DNA of 63,855 nucleotides, filler included, from Sphacelaria rigidula (GCA_964200075.2; 11 parts of 11 records of this genome joined end to end with filler, not necessarily neighbours in it), one strand, 5' to 3'; numbered from the whole stretch's first letter, positions 38,290-52,339 are shown. Notes: generated from the sequence alone by a model not told the origin. Numbers and translations are program-made.

Positions 38290-39285
38290 TGTTTTTTGTG
38301 GCACTTTGAACCTCCCCCCCCCCCCCCCCCTCTTTCCTCGGGATGAGGGCGTGGTCTCGGGGGATCAACCCGTCTCTCCCCCTTTTTCGCNNNNNNNNNN
38401 CCCCCCTCCCGGGGTGGGAATGGGCAAGGGGGGGGCCGTGCCGCCCCGGCCCCTTTCTTTTTTTTTTGGGCCTTTTGCCCCCCCCCCCCCCCCCCCCCGC
38501 CTCTTTCCTCGGGATGAGGGCGTGGTCTCGGGGGATCAACCCGTCTCTCCCCGTTATACGCCGTGCATTTTGGTCTCGCAGATTGGATCATGACCAGTAC
38601 TCCCGCACCGCGTCAACTTTCGTCAAACTCAGTAAACCACTTTTTGTTGACTCCCCTACTAAGGCTTTGGATTGTGAAAATGACAAGGTCGTGTTCTGTA
38701 CGGTACGATTTTCTGTGAACCCGGGATATTTTCTCAAGTACTTAGCGTATCTCTTAGTTCAGTGACTTCTGTAAGACATTCATACCATCACCCGACAGTT
38801 CTGTAATCTCTGTGAGACTTTTATACCCTTACCCGATAGTTGTGTGAGTTCCTCGAGCCCCCTGTACCCTTACCGGGGGGCACAGGTACGCTCTAGATGA
38901 GATACCCGGTTGCGGGTACGGGTTTTTGTGCAATCTGCATACCGCACCCGACACTTATAGTCGCACCCGGAGCGCGGGTATGCTCTTGAAGAAAAACCCG
39001 ATTGCCGGTACGGTTTTGTTGGGGCTCCGATACCCTACTCGACAAGTCCTGTGATCTCTTGAAGACCTTCGAACCGTTGCCCGACAGTTTTGATATTTAT
39101 TTCCCAAGACTTTGATACCGGTACCCGATATTTCTGTAAGTTCTGTAGGGAATCTCATACCCTACAGAACACAACCTTGAAGAATTATATGCTTCGAGAA
39201 GAAAAAATGGCGCGTCGGGAATCGAGCCCACGTTCTTTCCACCCCAATGGTGGCAGTCGTCGCATATGACCACCGGGGAGCGACG
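38290..39285 (-). mobile_element. SINE family A split by a TIR element
   Basis: The SINE body runs to ~38683; its head, with B-box, lies at 39190-39285. Confidence 0.7.
38684..39179. mobile_element. Non-autonomous TIR element (hAT-like) with internal ~41-bp repeats
   Basis: TIRs CAAGGTCGTGTTCTGTACGGTAC / ATACCCTACAGAACACAACCTTG; recurrent TTCTGT..AGAC..ATACC..ACCCGA units. Confidence 0.75.
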
Positions 39286-39955
39286 GCACATGCGACCATG
39301 CATTACGTGGCACCGCAGATACTGAACGGTGCTGGGGGTACCTGCAGAAAGGGGATGTGCGTGCCCAAAGATGTCAAAACACATGAAGACAATATGTTTT
39401 TTTTTTTTCATTTTTCATTTTGTGTATTTTCTTGTAAACAAACTCGAGACTCTCCGCCGCAGTCACGTCACGGACGAATTATTTAGGTGTTGTGCACCCA
39501 ACATAAGTGACCCACATCCTGGACAACTTGTGGTCCCTAGTGTTGAAATAGTTCTATACTTGATCCAGTACGATTTTTTCATTACAACAACTGTTGATCC
39601 CATGTTGTCTACGGAGTGGAGTATTTCTCGTCATTAAACAGCCGTTGACGATGTTTTCGTGAGATCGAGAGTATACGAGTGAGAGTGAACAGCGGTCAAT
39701 TAGTGAATTGTTCGTTTCAGCTCCGAATTGTCCTTCCACGAAGCCCGATGTGCTTTCCGTAATAGCTCGCCACCGAGGCCCTTGACATCCCTGAGATGAA
39801 CCGAAATGGAAACACAGTGGAGAAGACATGCCCTCGTGTCGACAATGCGTGCATATTTTCTCAGGCCGCTTCTTACAGACTGAAAAAAAAACTGTCTGAA
39901 AACTGCCCTTTTGAGCCAACCTTTCATTACGGATTATTGGCGGAATACGGGCCTT

Positions 39956-40365
39956 GAACACGGGATCTTACAAATTGGGGATGAGAAACCCGGACAATTG
40001 AAATCTTCGGATCCACACCAAATCTTCGAAATACGGTTCCATATCTTTACCTACTGATAGCTATTGACAACTGCTACACGTCATAGAAATTTGGATTTCG
40101 ATCACCGAATTATTGGGGTCCTGGGTGAAAAATCAATTTCGGAACCACTTTGGCGTCCGTTCGGACACCGGAAATTCCCCAAACCTAGTTTTTTACCTAG
40201 GACCCCAACATTTCAGTGATCGAAATCCAAATTTATATGACGTGTAGCAGTTGTCAGAAGTTATCAGTAGGTGAACATATGGAACCATATTTCGAAGATT
40301 TAGTGTGGGTACGAAAATTTTAATTCTCCGGGTTTCTCATCCCCAATTTGTAAGATCCCGTGTTC
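39956..40365. mobile_element. Hairpin/foldback element
   Basis: Inverted arms of ~175 bp, GAACACGGGATCTTACAAATTGGGGATGAGAAACCCGG...; no clear TSD. Confidence 0.85.
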
Positions 40366-40427
40366 TTGGCAGATTTGGCCTCCTCGGAAAGATTTGCTCT
40401 ATTTTTGACGAGGATTCCAGCACCTTG

Positions 40428-40601
40428 TCCGATACTTCGTACTCCCAGTTTTTCTCTTAGCCGGATTCTGGATTTTTTCAGTCAACTAAAAAAATGTCAA
40501 GTTGGCAAAATACGGTATTCCTGCCAACTCGACGTTTTTTCGGTTGACTGAAAAAATCCATAATCCGGCTGAGAGAAAAACCGGGAGTACGAAATATCGA
40601 A
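40428..40601. repeat. Second palindrome (centre ~40513), cut by contig end
   Basis: CGATACTTCGTACTCCC..CAGTCAAC..GTTGGCA / TGCCAAC..GTTGACTG..GGGAGTACGAAATATCG. Confidence 0.85.
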
Positions 40602-41352
40602 NNNNNNNNNNNNNNNNNNNNNNNNNNNNNNNNNNNNNNNNNNNNTTAATTAATTAANNNNNNNNNNNNNNNNNNNNNNNNNNNNNNNNNNNNNNNNNNN
40701 NGGGTGAAAGGATAACCCCCCCTCCCGCCCCGACAAAGGGGCCCCCCCCCCCCCCCCGTCAGAGGCGATGGTTGTAAACATAGGGCGGCTGCTCAGCTGC
40801 GGCACCGGGCGTACCGGCGCCAAATATGAGCTAGCAATTTTGACCCGAAATGAGGCCTGGCGCTGAACGAGTGACCACAGCAGCGGGCCCGCAACACTTT
40901 CGATTCTACTCTTGATGCTGCAAAAATTGTAAATTGGTGGACCTTTAACATAGCCGTGCCTCCTTAGAAGGCGGGATAGGCCTTGAGGATGGTGTTTTTT
41001 TGGTCGGGATGCCGCCTTACTGCGTGCCCAATACGCCTGTCTGGGATTTCTCGTTGACCTGTGCCGTTTGTTTGTTTTTCTGTGCGCTCTTTCGTTAATG
41101 TATGTTGAGGGGGAATTGAACAGTTCCGTCATGCTTTCTTGTCTGATGGGGTTTCATCTAGCGAAGGTTTTCCTTCCATCTTATTGATTCACCCAGGCTG
41201 CAGTACGCGCTTGTCGTGACCACGGCTAGATTGATTATTTGCGCATCAGTTCACGTGAGTCATCCACCAAGCAAGCAACCAACGGACCAACCAAGCACTA
41301 CTGCACGGGTGACCATTCGTACACGGTTTCGTGCTTGTATTCGTTGTCGCAG

Positions 41353-42349
41353 TTGTACCCCGACAGCTGCGTAGACATTCGCCTTGGTGAGTTGGAGGAG
41401 GCGCCCTTGAAAGGCATCTTCGTGCCGCCATTCGTCCGGCTATTGGTGAGTGGATGAGGAGCTGAGTTACATCTATTTTAAACTCGGGGTTGTTTTTGAC
41501 GTGAGTTGAAGGGTGTTGCCAAGGTTCGTGCGGAATCGAGGAAGATAAAAGCGCGACACACGCAGCCCTTACGCGTTTCGTTTTGCGAAGATGTACAGCC
41601 TAGACTTTGAGGAACAAAACACCCGTGCTGCTACACTAAAGAGTTGCGCATGGAACTCGTACCTGTTGTTTGACTAGTCACAGGCTTGATTCGGAGAACA
41701 TCCATTCGTCTCTTGTGACGTCGACTCGGAGTTGGGTCGTTCGTTCTATCAACCCCATCCGGAAATCCGAAACGTCACGGGGCCGTGCCTCTTACACTTC
41801 TCATGTTTATCATGCCATTTCACTCCGTCCGTTCCTTTCATCGTCTTTCTTTCAACTTGCCTTTTTTCTTGACCTTGCCCGAGCGAGTGTCCGTTCATTC
41901 ACGCTGGGTACATGTATGTTGTCATCACGGCCGGATTCAATGCGAGTCTGTAGTCAACAGGCGATAATCAATCTCTCGAATTGATACTTCAGCATACTTG
42001 AAGTTTGGCTGTTCACACCTTACGTTGCGATCGGTATACATTTTCACACCCAAGGGTATGAAGAAAAGTTCGCACCATGGGTTGACTCCGTTGCGTCTAC
42101 CTGCTGTGCTTGCGCATGCACACCTCACTGAGCCTAAAACGTATCAGGTATAGGCACCGCACGCGTGTGGAGTTTTCATGTTTCGCCGTTGTGCGTACAC
42201 TTCGAAGTCTAGGTTTGTTTGTTTTACACGTGTGCGCTGTGTGTTCTGCTTTATTGTTTTTCTTATTTCTTTGTCCAGCTGGTCTGGGCTCTCCGCCCGC
42301 ATGGTGAGGATGCCGCCGATCATGAGGACTCCGTCGTGGCGGAAATGAG
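41353..42349 (+). CDS. Putative exons 41353-41445 and 42279-42349, unknown protein
   Basis: Good splice signals (gcag|..|gtgagt; tttgtccag|..|gtgcgt) and a phase-0 join: LYPDSCVDIRLGELEEAPLKGIFVPPFVRLL|LVWALRPHGEDAADHEDSVVAEM. Confidence 0.5.
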
Positions 42350-42947
42350 GTGCGTAGCGGAATTCACGCAGGAGTTTTCGCCTTGAAAATATCTTGTTCA
42401 GGCCACCTTGTATGCGCGGTGGTCCGGGCCTCATCGCGCGACCACATGCTCAGGGGATAAATCTGGTCTGATTACCGGGACTGAAATGAGCTGATATTAT
42501 TATATTCGTCATTTCCGGCAATCTAGTGTTGAGACCAACATCACTTTCTGGTTATGTGGATCTGAGGTATTGTCAGTAAAAAGGCTTGCACTGCTGCATC
42601 TACGGCTACAGAGTGGACTGCTGTATAACACCACTTGTCGAGATGGAAGTCGACCAATCAGAGGTATGGAGATAACTTCTTTATCACGTTGGACACCACC
42701 GGCATGAGGGAGGGAAACACCCACACACAGATCCCATAGGGGCGAGGGGTGCGGGCGTGCACCTCCATCAGCTCCTCCGTAATCTGTGACAAATGACCCT
42801 CATTTAATTCAGAAGGCACAGCACACCTTGAGACATCTCTACGTACTTTCCATCTCGCTGAAGCGTACAGTACAAGACAAGAGAGCTCTGCGTTTGTTCC
42901 TTGTCAATTCAAGGAGAAAAATGGGCAAAATACCGTTTTGAAGACGA

Positions 42948-43090
42948 ATCTGTACAATACCGTTTCGGATCGGCTAACCCGCCGCATTTTTATCAACGAT
43001 CTCGGAACAGTATGTCGGATCTGTACAATACCATTTCGGATCGGCTAACCCGCCGCATTTTATCAACGATCTCGGAACAGTATGTCGGAT
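42948..43090 (+). repeat. ~71-bp tandem duplication (2 copies)
   Basis: ATCTGTACAATACC..TATGTCGGAT occurs twice, with ~2 differences. Confidence 0.95.
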
Positions 43091-46000
43091 GTTATGCTCT
43101 TGCATCTCACGCTCTTCCCCATGAGTCAAATTATTACATGATCAACACGCTTTGCCCACGCTAGGCACATTCAGACAAGCCTCGTCTCGCCCCAACAAGC
43201 ATCGCATTTGTCTTGCTATGAGAGTTAAAACGTGAGACGTACTGTCACGTTCATCGTTGTTTGTTGACAGTCGCCATCATTCCTGGCCGTAGTTCATGCT
43301 CTTTCGAGAATTGAACATATCTTTTGATACCTACGTGTTGGCAGAAAGCTGTTCTAACGGTCGCGGCTGTGGCCAGAGCGTCATCATGCTTGTCGTGCCT
43401 TCGAACGGCGCTTTCTCACACACATCAAGCGCAGTGGGGGAAAATATTTCACCATGAAATGTTTCAGGTGAAACCGTATGTGTCCACCGTTAACATGGCC
43501 GGATGGTTCACTTCCACGTCACCAGAATCACGCATAGGGGTAACGAAGGTGATCGCGGAAGATCCAATTTCTCCCAAATCACCTGAACCCACATCACTGG
43601 AAAGACTTTGACACAGACTGCAGCGCATAAACTCCGGTCTCTGAGGAGGTTGAAAAGAGGGTCTTCTTTCCACTTTGACTGCAGACGAACTTTCCATCAC
43701 AAGGTAGGCTGTCTTTTCAGTCACTAATCGAAAATTGCAAATATATTGCGCGACAGCGGGAACTTTGTTGATACAGTGGTGGTATACCGGGGAGCGCAGT
43801 AACAGCACCTGATGAAAGCGTTTACTTCCTTCGTACCAGCAGGATCCCTCTTTGTCGGCACCGGGGGAGAAGTGTCCTTTTTTCGAAGTAATATTTCGTC
43901 CCCCGCCCCGGTAATCAGTCTACCAACCCCCTCCTCTCCCTTTCCTACGCTACCTGAAACGCTGCATCACAAAAATCGGAACAGTTCCGGGAGAATGTTT
44001 CACAACAGTCTTGTTCAATTCCTTGAAGAATAGTCTGGACCGTTCGAAGTATCGTTCGCTCGTGGGAGAATTAGAGTGCAGCGAGCGCAGGCGTGACATC
44101 AAACGATTTGGCATAAGACCTACGACGCTACCGCACATCAATTTTCTTAGCCCACAGTCTCCGGCCGAACGAAGAATAACTCGGGCATTAGCTGTTCATC
44201 AGCTGAGTACGATGTCCTTGGTTCGGATCGAGTCTGCTCAAGATTGGATGGGATACGATCATTAGTGTCAGACGCGCCCTGAATAGAAAACGACAAAACA
44301 TTATCCATGACTGCATTGGTCAAGTCTGTTCATCCTTCAAACCACCCCCGTCTCCGATACTAGACAAGTTTCCATACAACGGAAGACTGCTGTGTGTAGG
44401 TGAGCAAGGCTGGCGCCAGTGCTCAGACTCTTTGTGGTGCGGGTACCTGTGTTGGTTTGATTCGGGCGCACTGCTGTGTAGGTGTCATGTACTTCGGTCA
44501 CTGCCATCTGCTCATGACCTGCTTGAGGTGTGTCCAATGCAACATGGATCTGTAGATGAGAGTTGTACTGTCGACAAGATTTCATCGTGGTCGTTATGGG
44601 CATAAAATTGGTCGTTATACGCAGGAAGCACGATAGTAAACTCGCTATACGGTTGCTTGCTCCAGTCCAGATAAGCCAACGCATGCATGGTATGGTACTC
44701 CACCATAGTCGTATCCAAGAACGGAAGCGGTAGAATGTTGGGATATAGATATGGCTATCGTGGCTTGTGTATAAAATACACCACGTTCAACTGTCGACCT
44801 GACAGGGACAATCGGTTCAACTGGTGAACCCAGCTCTGACAAGAGAGCTCGCAGAGGCTGCCGAGTGTTGGTTAAACAGATGCTTGTGCAATGAGAAAAA
44901 GGTTTTGAACTTGGCGCTTCATCAGGCCGTTACTCAAATCAAACACAATCAGTCTCTACTCCACAGAATACTGATGGCAAGCTGGTAGGCCCACGTGAGG
45001 TGGGTCGCTTTGGAGAGTGAATAGTGTGTGGCTATTTCACTCTGTCGATCAAACTCTCGGACACTTGAAAACTGTCCATCCAAACTGTTGATACCGTGGA
45101 CTCTTCGTACTCAACCCTTTAGTATTCTGACAATACGCTGACTCTCTGTATACGAGCTACAGAGTACATGGGCTATTCATTATTCTATGATGAATAATCC
45201 ATTTCCTCGGTTCGTTCTACGATCTTTGTTCTAACGGTGAACCGTAACTGGTTTTACCGCTAATCTTGAGTATGTGTATTCGGAACTGTTATTTATCAAA
45301 TTCCAACGTACCCCCTCGCACCGCGAGCGCTGCACGCCCGTCTCGTTATATAGACAAGTCGTCCCGCCCCTACCAGGCAAGCAACAAAGGAGTACGCCCC
45401 CTACCAGCAACGTCGAAGTGCCAAGTCATCTTTGACCTTCGTTACCTGTTTTGATTCAGTGGTACGGGTAGAATTCAATCGTGATTTTCATTTCATACGG
45501 AGTTTAGTGTATTTCATTTCTTGGAGGAGGGTACATCATCGGAGAAGAGATTGATGGAGTACTGTATGGCTTTGCAGAGTTCTGCAGAAGAGGAAGCCAG
45601 ACAGTGGCGCTGCTCGGTTTGCGAGCGAACGAGTGGGGTAACGCATGCACTTGAAGTTGTATATGTGTTGTTTGAGTTGCTCGGCAGATGATATTTCATC
45701 TGCGAGCTTGCCCAGTGGATTGTGCCTAGTTATTGTGTCAACTGTAGGGCATACGAGCGTCGATTGGTGACGAGGACGTTCGGGCGTTGAATTCGTTCTC
45801 GTGTGCACGTCATGTGCGCATGAAAGCAGGGAAGATTGAAGATTCGAAGAATGCAAAACGTGTTTTTAGGTCGAATGCATCGGATTTTTGCTCTGATTCG
45901 TGTTGAAAGTCCATGATTGATTTATTACTTGGTTTCAGTATTGACAACATTAGTATTTTGGGTGCTGATAGCACCAGGTGCCTCCCAGCGTGCACAGTAC

Positions 46001-46867
46001 GCGTTGGGGGAGGGGAGTTCGAGCTACGGTTGCCAGGGCCCCATGCTAGAAGTCGGCGGTTCACAGCACGCGGACCATGTGGGCACCTGTCGTTTGCTCC
46101 ACACGTGACGTTTTCTGGGCTTAGAGTTGTAGGTTTTGTCGTTTGTGTCGTGCTTCTCTCTCTTCTTCAAGGGTTTATTGCGAAGATACTTGACACTAGA
46201 GGTACCAACTGCTGTAGTACCGTCTACACTATTTTCTGTACATAGAACACAATAGCAGCAAAGCTAGCGTTACGCCGCGACTCGGTGCAACGTGACAGGC
46301 ACAGCGGTACACCCTGTTGTACTACTCTACATGACTTGCCGCACGTATCCTGCGCTCCCCGTCCTCCGACGAAGGCCATGACCGGCCTTGTCGGTACGGC
46401 GTGGGGAGGGTCTTTNNNNNNNNNNNNNNNNNNNNNNNNNNNNNNNNNNNNNNNNNNNNTTAATTAATTAANNNNNNNNNNNNNNNNNNNNNNNNNNNNN
46501 NNNNNNNNNNNNNNNCGTCCCGGCATTGTAGAGACGCGAGGTCAATGGTCTGATGACTATGGCATGCATGATCATGAGTGCAACCCCCTCAACTCTACCA
46601 GAGAAAGAGATTGACAGAGCCATAGTTGATAGAGTTGTATGGAAGACAACGACGAAAAGGGCGGGCTGGAATACGGTGGGATAACGTAGTCGAGAAAGTA
46701 AATAAGTGCATGGAGGGAAACCAAGGCGCGATAATGTCCATTGGTGAAGCCGGTGGGTACAAGACAAAAATAAGAGACATGATAAGAATAAGGGAAGGAT
46801 AAACACCGAGACGGAAAGTAGACGAGCAAGAACACCTGAAGGTATAGAGGAGAATGAGAGAGGGGAC

Positions 46868-47370
46868 AGGGATGCAAATATATCCTCATGGCCCGATGGA
46901 CTCGGCGAAAACGTTGATATGGCGATTTCGGGTGGGTGACCTGGACCTGCCAGAAAGAAGAAAGAGATTTACCAGTAGTCAAGAGGGGGAAGAAATAGCT
47001 TCACATAATTGCCCCTGTGGTGAAGCAACAGAAGGTGGAAGTCATAGAGTGGCAGAATGTGAACTATTCAAGAGGAGCGGGACGTGCTATAGGAAGAAAT
47101 ACGGGAAGTAAACTAAGGCGGCGTGAAATTGTTTGATATACTCGATCGGGGCGAAAAAACGATGGCTATACTAGGAGATGGACGGTGACCACAGACGGCG
47201 AAACAGAACGGGGATAAGATATGTCAATGGTTTTTGTGTACTGCATGGAAGAAAAGTAATGAGCACCGAAATGTTGAAGATGTCTCTATTAGTATGAGGA
47301 ACGATGTCTCGTCTCGAAAAGAATGCGTGGTCAATGTTCGAACGACTGCGGCAAGCGACAAATGAGGACA
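46868..47370 (+). mobile_element. LINE 3' fragment (family C)
   Basis: HGPMDSAKTLIWRFRVGDLDLPERR..CPCGEATEGGSHRVAECELF; colinear with 23325-23802. Confidence 0.85.
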
Positions 47371-47409
47371 CCCCATTCCCTCTCCTCTCCTTTTCCCCAA
47401 TATTGGCAG

Positions 47410-50400
47410 GTATCTGACACCTTTACAGCCTTGGCTGCTGCGCCTGGATAGCGAGAACAACATCAATAATTTACCAGCACTTTTCCGACCAGCACTTCAC
47501 GTGGTACGGAAACTCTTACTCCGCGGTTAGCAGCACACGTTGCCTTAGCCAGATAACACTCGGTGTGGTCAGTTTTAATGTCAGGCTTTTGGGGGAGGGA
47601 GGCGGTCACAGCCAGACAACTAACTATGCGATAGCAGGCCATCGAAAATGATTTTGTGCGTAAAATTGAAAAGCGAGTTGAGGAGCTGTATGCGACTTGT
47701 ATGACCGGTTGGTTGGGCCGGAGCGTTTCTTGTTGTCCCACGACCATCGTGAAGTGCGTACGTTATACCAGCACGGAATGTTCACGGAATTAGTTATATC
47801 CGATCACGTGATAAAGCTATCGTTGGGTTTGCTCTGGAATCATCTACGCTATCGCAGACCAGCCGTTCCACTCTCAATCAAGTTCAGCACACGGTATAAA
47901 ATATTGGCAGGGATCTGGACCGAGGGCTGTTTGATTATCGGCAGTCATGATGAAGATAAAGATTGTTTTGAAAATGCCGGAGTTTATTCCGCAACATATT
48001 GCACCCGACATACCGCAGGAAGGACTGGAAGCTATTCAGGAGTATCTAGCGCAGGAATGACCGACGGCGGGGAAGGATTGAAATTTGATCCGAAATGATA
48101 TATGTGTAACGCGGTAGACGATGTAGCCGTCATGTCTGCGTTGCTGATCGTCGAGTTGCAAAAAAATATCTGGTCAAGCCTACCCGCAACCACTCCACCG
48201 ACGCTCCGTTTCGTCACGCGCTTCACGTTCGCGTCATCACCGCAGAGATTTAGAAAAACAAAAACATCGGAGTCTTGTGTGTACGAAACACTATTTGGTC
48301 TGCGCAAAGGGGAGTCGTCACATGTTGATTGCAAAATCCCAAGGCGTTTCGTTTCTCTCCCGGTGGTTCTGGCGTATGTTCAATCTCCCGCCCCCCGTTG
48401 CGCCCACGCCGCCTCCTGTGATCTCTTGTTCGCCATCATTATGCCATGTACAGCTTCTTCTCATTTGGAAAAGCTCCGGGTATTACAACACAACCACTCG
48501 ACTGGTCACATTCGTGCGAGAGGTACGGCATAGTACGTGACAGGCTTCATGGCATACCATGTGCTTCCATCATTGCAACGTCAACGTTTCCTCATGCTGG
48601 GTTTGAAGTGTTTAGGTTCAACGCTATCATTCGTGCTGCTAAGTGAGGGTTGCTACTTTAGGCAATGTGTATATACATATATATATATATATATATACGT
48701 TGTTTTCCAAGGAATACATGCCCCTGATTTACCCCACTCGTCGGTTCGTTGGGTTCGACGAAATCCACTGACTCCGGTCCGGAGCGCTTGTAGACCGGTA
48801 TATTGTGGTCGGTATGGTGGCAAGGTGGTGTAATCTCCAAACAGCGTTGAACCGCGGCTTCCGAACAATTCCGATCAGCACGGAGCGACGGGTCCTTGAC
48901 GTTGAGGGAACGATTGCCGCAAATGCTTCTCGACTGCTGCATCGGGGCTCAGAACGTTTCGGAACGCTGTGTATCGAACGATGTGTACAGCTTTTCGAGG
49001 GGGGTGTACAAAGGCCTTCTTAGTGATAGTGCACCTTTGATAATGGGACACTACAGTAGGTTTGATTCGGTGAAGATGAACAGAGCCCTGAATGTGCTTG
49101 TAAACGGCGGGAAACGCGTTATGATACTATTCGACGCCTTAGCTTTATTTATATGACCAGGTCTGATTATTGACGACTGAGTACTCATGACGTCAGGTTT
49201 TGAATGTTGGGGGCGCACCGCCTTGTTGCGTGCAATGTTGTCATCACACGGTGCAACACTCGTACCTTCTCGTCAGTATTGCAGCTGATGAAGATACGGG
49301 TATGTTTCATTCATCGTATCCGTCTCGTTTCTGCACACAGTTCTTGCTTGCAGTCATACTTTTTCTCAAGTGCGAGCAGAAACATCGCATGCTTCAACAC
49401 CTCACCACCAACCCCACCGAGTAGTCTAGTTTTGGGCCTATTTCGCCGTCCGTTTCGCTGAGTATTCCGAGTGACCAAAGAAGCAGCGGATAGCTGCGCA
49501 AGTATCTTCAGGGTTTCAACAGGAGCCCATCGGATGGGCCAGTGACACAACAGCCCGAAGCTCATATCCTGATATATCGTGATTTGGCTCGCAGCCATCA
49601 TCCGTAGGCATTACAGTGTATATCCATCGATGGATCCGCTTTTATTTCACTTGATGGAACCAAGCTTGCTTGCTCGTTTCGGCCACACGCCACACCAACG
49701 GTGCAATGGCAATTGTGTAGGCTCGTTCAGGTTCATTGCAACGTGTGTATGCATTCTGCGGGACGTCATCTTGGTCGCCTTCTCGTGTCCCCGGTTCTCG
49801 TTTGCTAATCGGGCAGATGTGCAACACCCTCATTGGTCGGGCATCGGATACCTTGGCGGGTGGCGAAATATTCCGCTTGATCGAGCAGGAGGAATACAGA
49901 GAAGCTGCCTATCTCCTGGAGACCTCGCTCAAGGTGTCAATTCTAAATGCTTGTGGACCCTGGCAAATTGAAAGGCGGGCAACCATTCTAAGTCGCGCAG
50001 TATTTGATTCGGTTGAGGCAGCATTCCTTGAAGGATCCAGAGACTCGACTCTTCTCCTGTTTATTTGTTCTCTTCACGTTCTTGATGCAAAACTGGGCGA
50101 GGGACAGGTACGTACAAGCGATTTTTCAGACTAGGGGTTGATGTCAGTTCCTTTTTTGTTTTGTTCTCTGAGAATTTCGCCATGCAGTCGACGGTTGAAT
50201 CCTCGACGAGATGTTTCTGAGCAATCAATGGACACCGTGTATACTGCCGTTTGGTTTCGGTAAACAGCTGTCGACCACCAACGTATGCTGTCTGTTACGT
50301 ATTTTCCAGGTCCTCGGCAACTTCAAGAGCACGTACTTCGACTACAAGGCAAAAGCGGCGGCAGACTGTCCGTCCAACGCTTGGCGTGTGCAGAACAACG

Positions 50401-51574
50401 CGATATTTGCCCGAATGGATGCTTTTTTGGAGCGGTGTCACGACGTGCTAGATCTCACGCAGACGATCGCTCAATTCCAGAAGGTGTGCAGTGCTTTCAA
50501 GAGTACTCTGCCGTACCGGGAAGCCTGTAATCAGTATCAACTTCCAGGCTTGCTCACATCCACTATATGCCCAAGTTTGGCGGAAAGCTGGTGCAAGCAC
50601 AGTACGTGAATGTCCCCAATCGTGCTCATATGCTGATATTCTGATGCCGCTTTGCCACAAGTGTACAAAATGTAGGATGGTTCTACGCCTGTATTTGCTA
50701 GCCCGAGCGTCGATCTGAATACCCTAAGGCTTTGTAGAGAGGCAGTGTATTGCTCACGCTTCTTATCTATGACAACCTACTGCTGATTGTCTGTTGATTA
50801 CTTCCTGTGCAGCTGATGACTTTGCCCATCTGCTGGTGAAGAATTCCAAGAACACAGTAGCGTGTGAACTTCAGCTGTTGTCCTTCAACGAGCTTGTGGA
50901 AATCGAGCTCAACCGATATGATATCTCTCTTGTCGTTCCGATTTCTTTCTCTTCTTCTTCTTAACAGCTAGCAAACCTGGAGGTAGGCGGTACAAAGGGC
51001 AAGGTGCTCACGACATCGGTGACGCAGATACATACAGATTTCGGACTTGCAGTGGCGGCTGTAAAAGAAGTGGATTATGACGTGATGGATCTCGATGCTG
51101 CGACAGCGTTCGAGTCGAGCTTCCAGACTTACAGGTGGCACGCACGGCACACCTTGTGTTTTCATCGCTTCTGTTTGGCGATCACCTATCGCCGCAGAAG
51201 ATTGTCAGTATGTATACTTCCAAGACTTGCACCATCACGATATCAGTGTAGCTGTGTGTGCATACTGCACATTGTTCGCGCCCCCGACAGTGCCAGACAT
51301 TAGTTTCGGAAGAGTGCCTTTATATCATAATGTCGCCCCAACAAGTTTTTAACGGACCGTTACTCCTGGCAGGATGTCCGTTAAACGGCTGGAGCGACGT
51401 TTGGCCTCAGTACTCACGCAAGCCTTCGACGATTGCCCTACGCTGCGTGGGCGGTTTCGCTTGCTGGATTGTTTCTCCGACCTCGTACACCGGCCCGTGA
51501 TCGCGGAAGAATTGCAGAGGAAGCACGCCCTCATGGTGCAGGACTTCTCTACAGAAGTGGGAGCTGTCATGCAG
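47410..51574 (+). CDS. Axonemal outer-arm (beta-type, DNAH9/11/17-like) dynein heavy chain, DHC_N1 tail region; exons 47410-47503, 48454-48522, 49817-49933, 50310-50483, 50968-51134, 51373-51574
   Basis: Spliced: YLTPLQPWL..LFRPALHV|LLLIWKSSGYYNTTTRLVTFVRE|MCNTLI..|..WRVQNNAIFARMDAFLERCHDVLDL..QFQK|LANLEVGGTKGKVL..YDVMD..|VKRLERRLASVLTQAFDDC..RPVI. All introns are GT-AG with consistent phases. Confidence 0.95.
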
Positions 51575-52144
51575 GTGAACAAGTCCGATCCGCCACTAGG
51601 TACAGAGGTTCTCGGAGAAGCCGTGCAGGTTATCCTTGCCTGCATTCGCCCAGCGAAAATGCACCTCTCCATTGTTGTGTCATGAGACACATGGAGAAAC
51701 TGCGTGAATTGGTGAGTAGACAATGGACCGAAGCAGTTTGGTCACTTGCACTGACTGATTGATTTGATTGTCACACCGCCCCCGAGGAAGCTGTTCCCAA
51801 GTCCGACGAAACCTGACATTTCGTCCAGGGGGTTCACCGTCGCCTCCCGGTTGTTACTCAGTAAGTGATGGTGGAATAGACACACTTCACGCACAATCGC
51901 CTGAACCTGTCGCGACAAAACAAAACTCGAGAAAGGAAAGGAAGCATGAAACAGAAAGGAGGAGAACATATACGGCGTAATGCGAAAAAGGAAACGTACG
52001 AAAATGAACGGGATGCGAAAAGAGATGAGAAAACGTCAGGCTAAGAGATGGTACCGGTCCCAAGGAAATCCCGGACAAGGGGGGTCTAAGAAAGGGAAGC
52101 AATGTAGAGAGCAAGGCTGTCGGAGCAGGTTGAGACCCAACTAA

Positions 52145-52229
52145 TTGGCGACCGCACTCGGAGGCTCAGTTGGTAACCTCGTACCCTTCTGATGGTTGAG
52201 TAGGGAGGTTCGATTCCCGGAGCGACCTG
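52145..52229 (+). mobile_element. SINE family B head (contig end)
   Basis: GGCTCAGTTGGTAACCTCG..GGTTCGATTCC. Confidence 0.7.
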
Positions 52230-52339
52230 NNNNNNNNNNNNNNNNNNNNNNNNNNNNNNNNNNNNNNNNNNNNTTAATTAATTAANNNNNNNNNNNNNNN
52301 NNNNNNNNNNNNNNNNNNNNNNNNNNNNNTTATGGCACC

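Noticed and set aside
38760..39150. CRISPR-like periodic repeats
   Set aside because: Units are degenerate with no unique spacers, there are no cas genes, and they lie within TIRs in eukaryotic DNA.
43464..45860. Several coding-looking frames on both strands
   Set aside because: I could not build a phase-consistent model or recognise a family.
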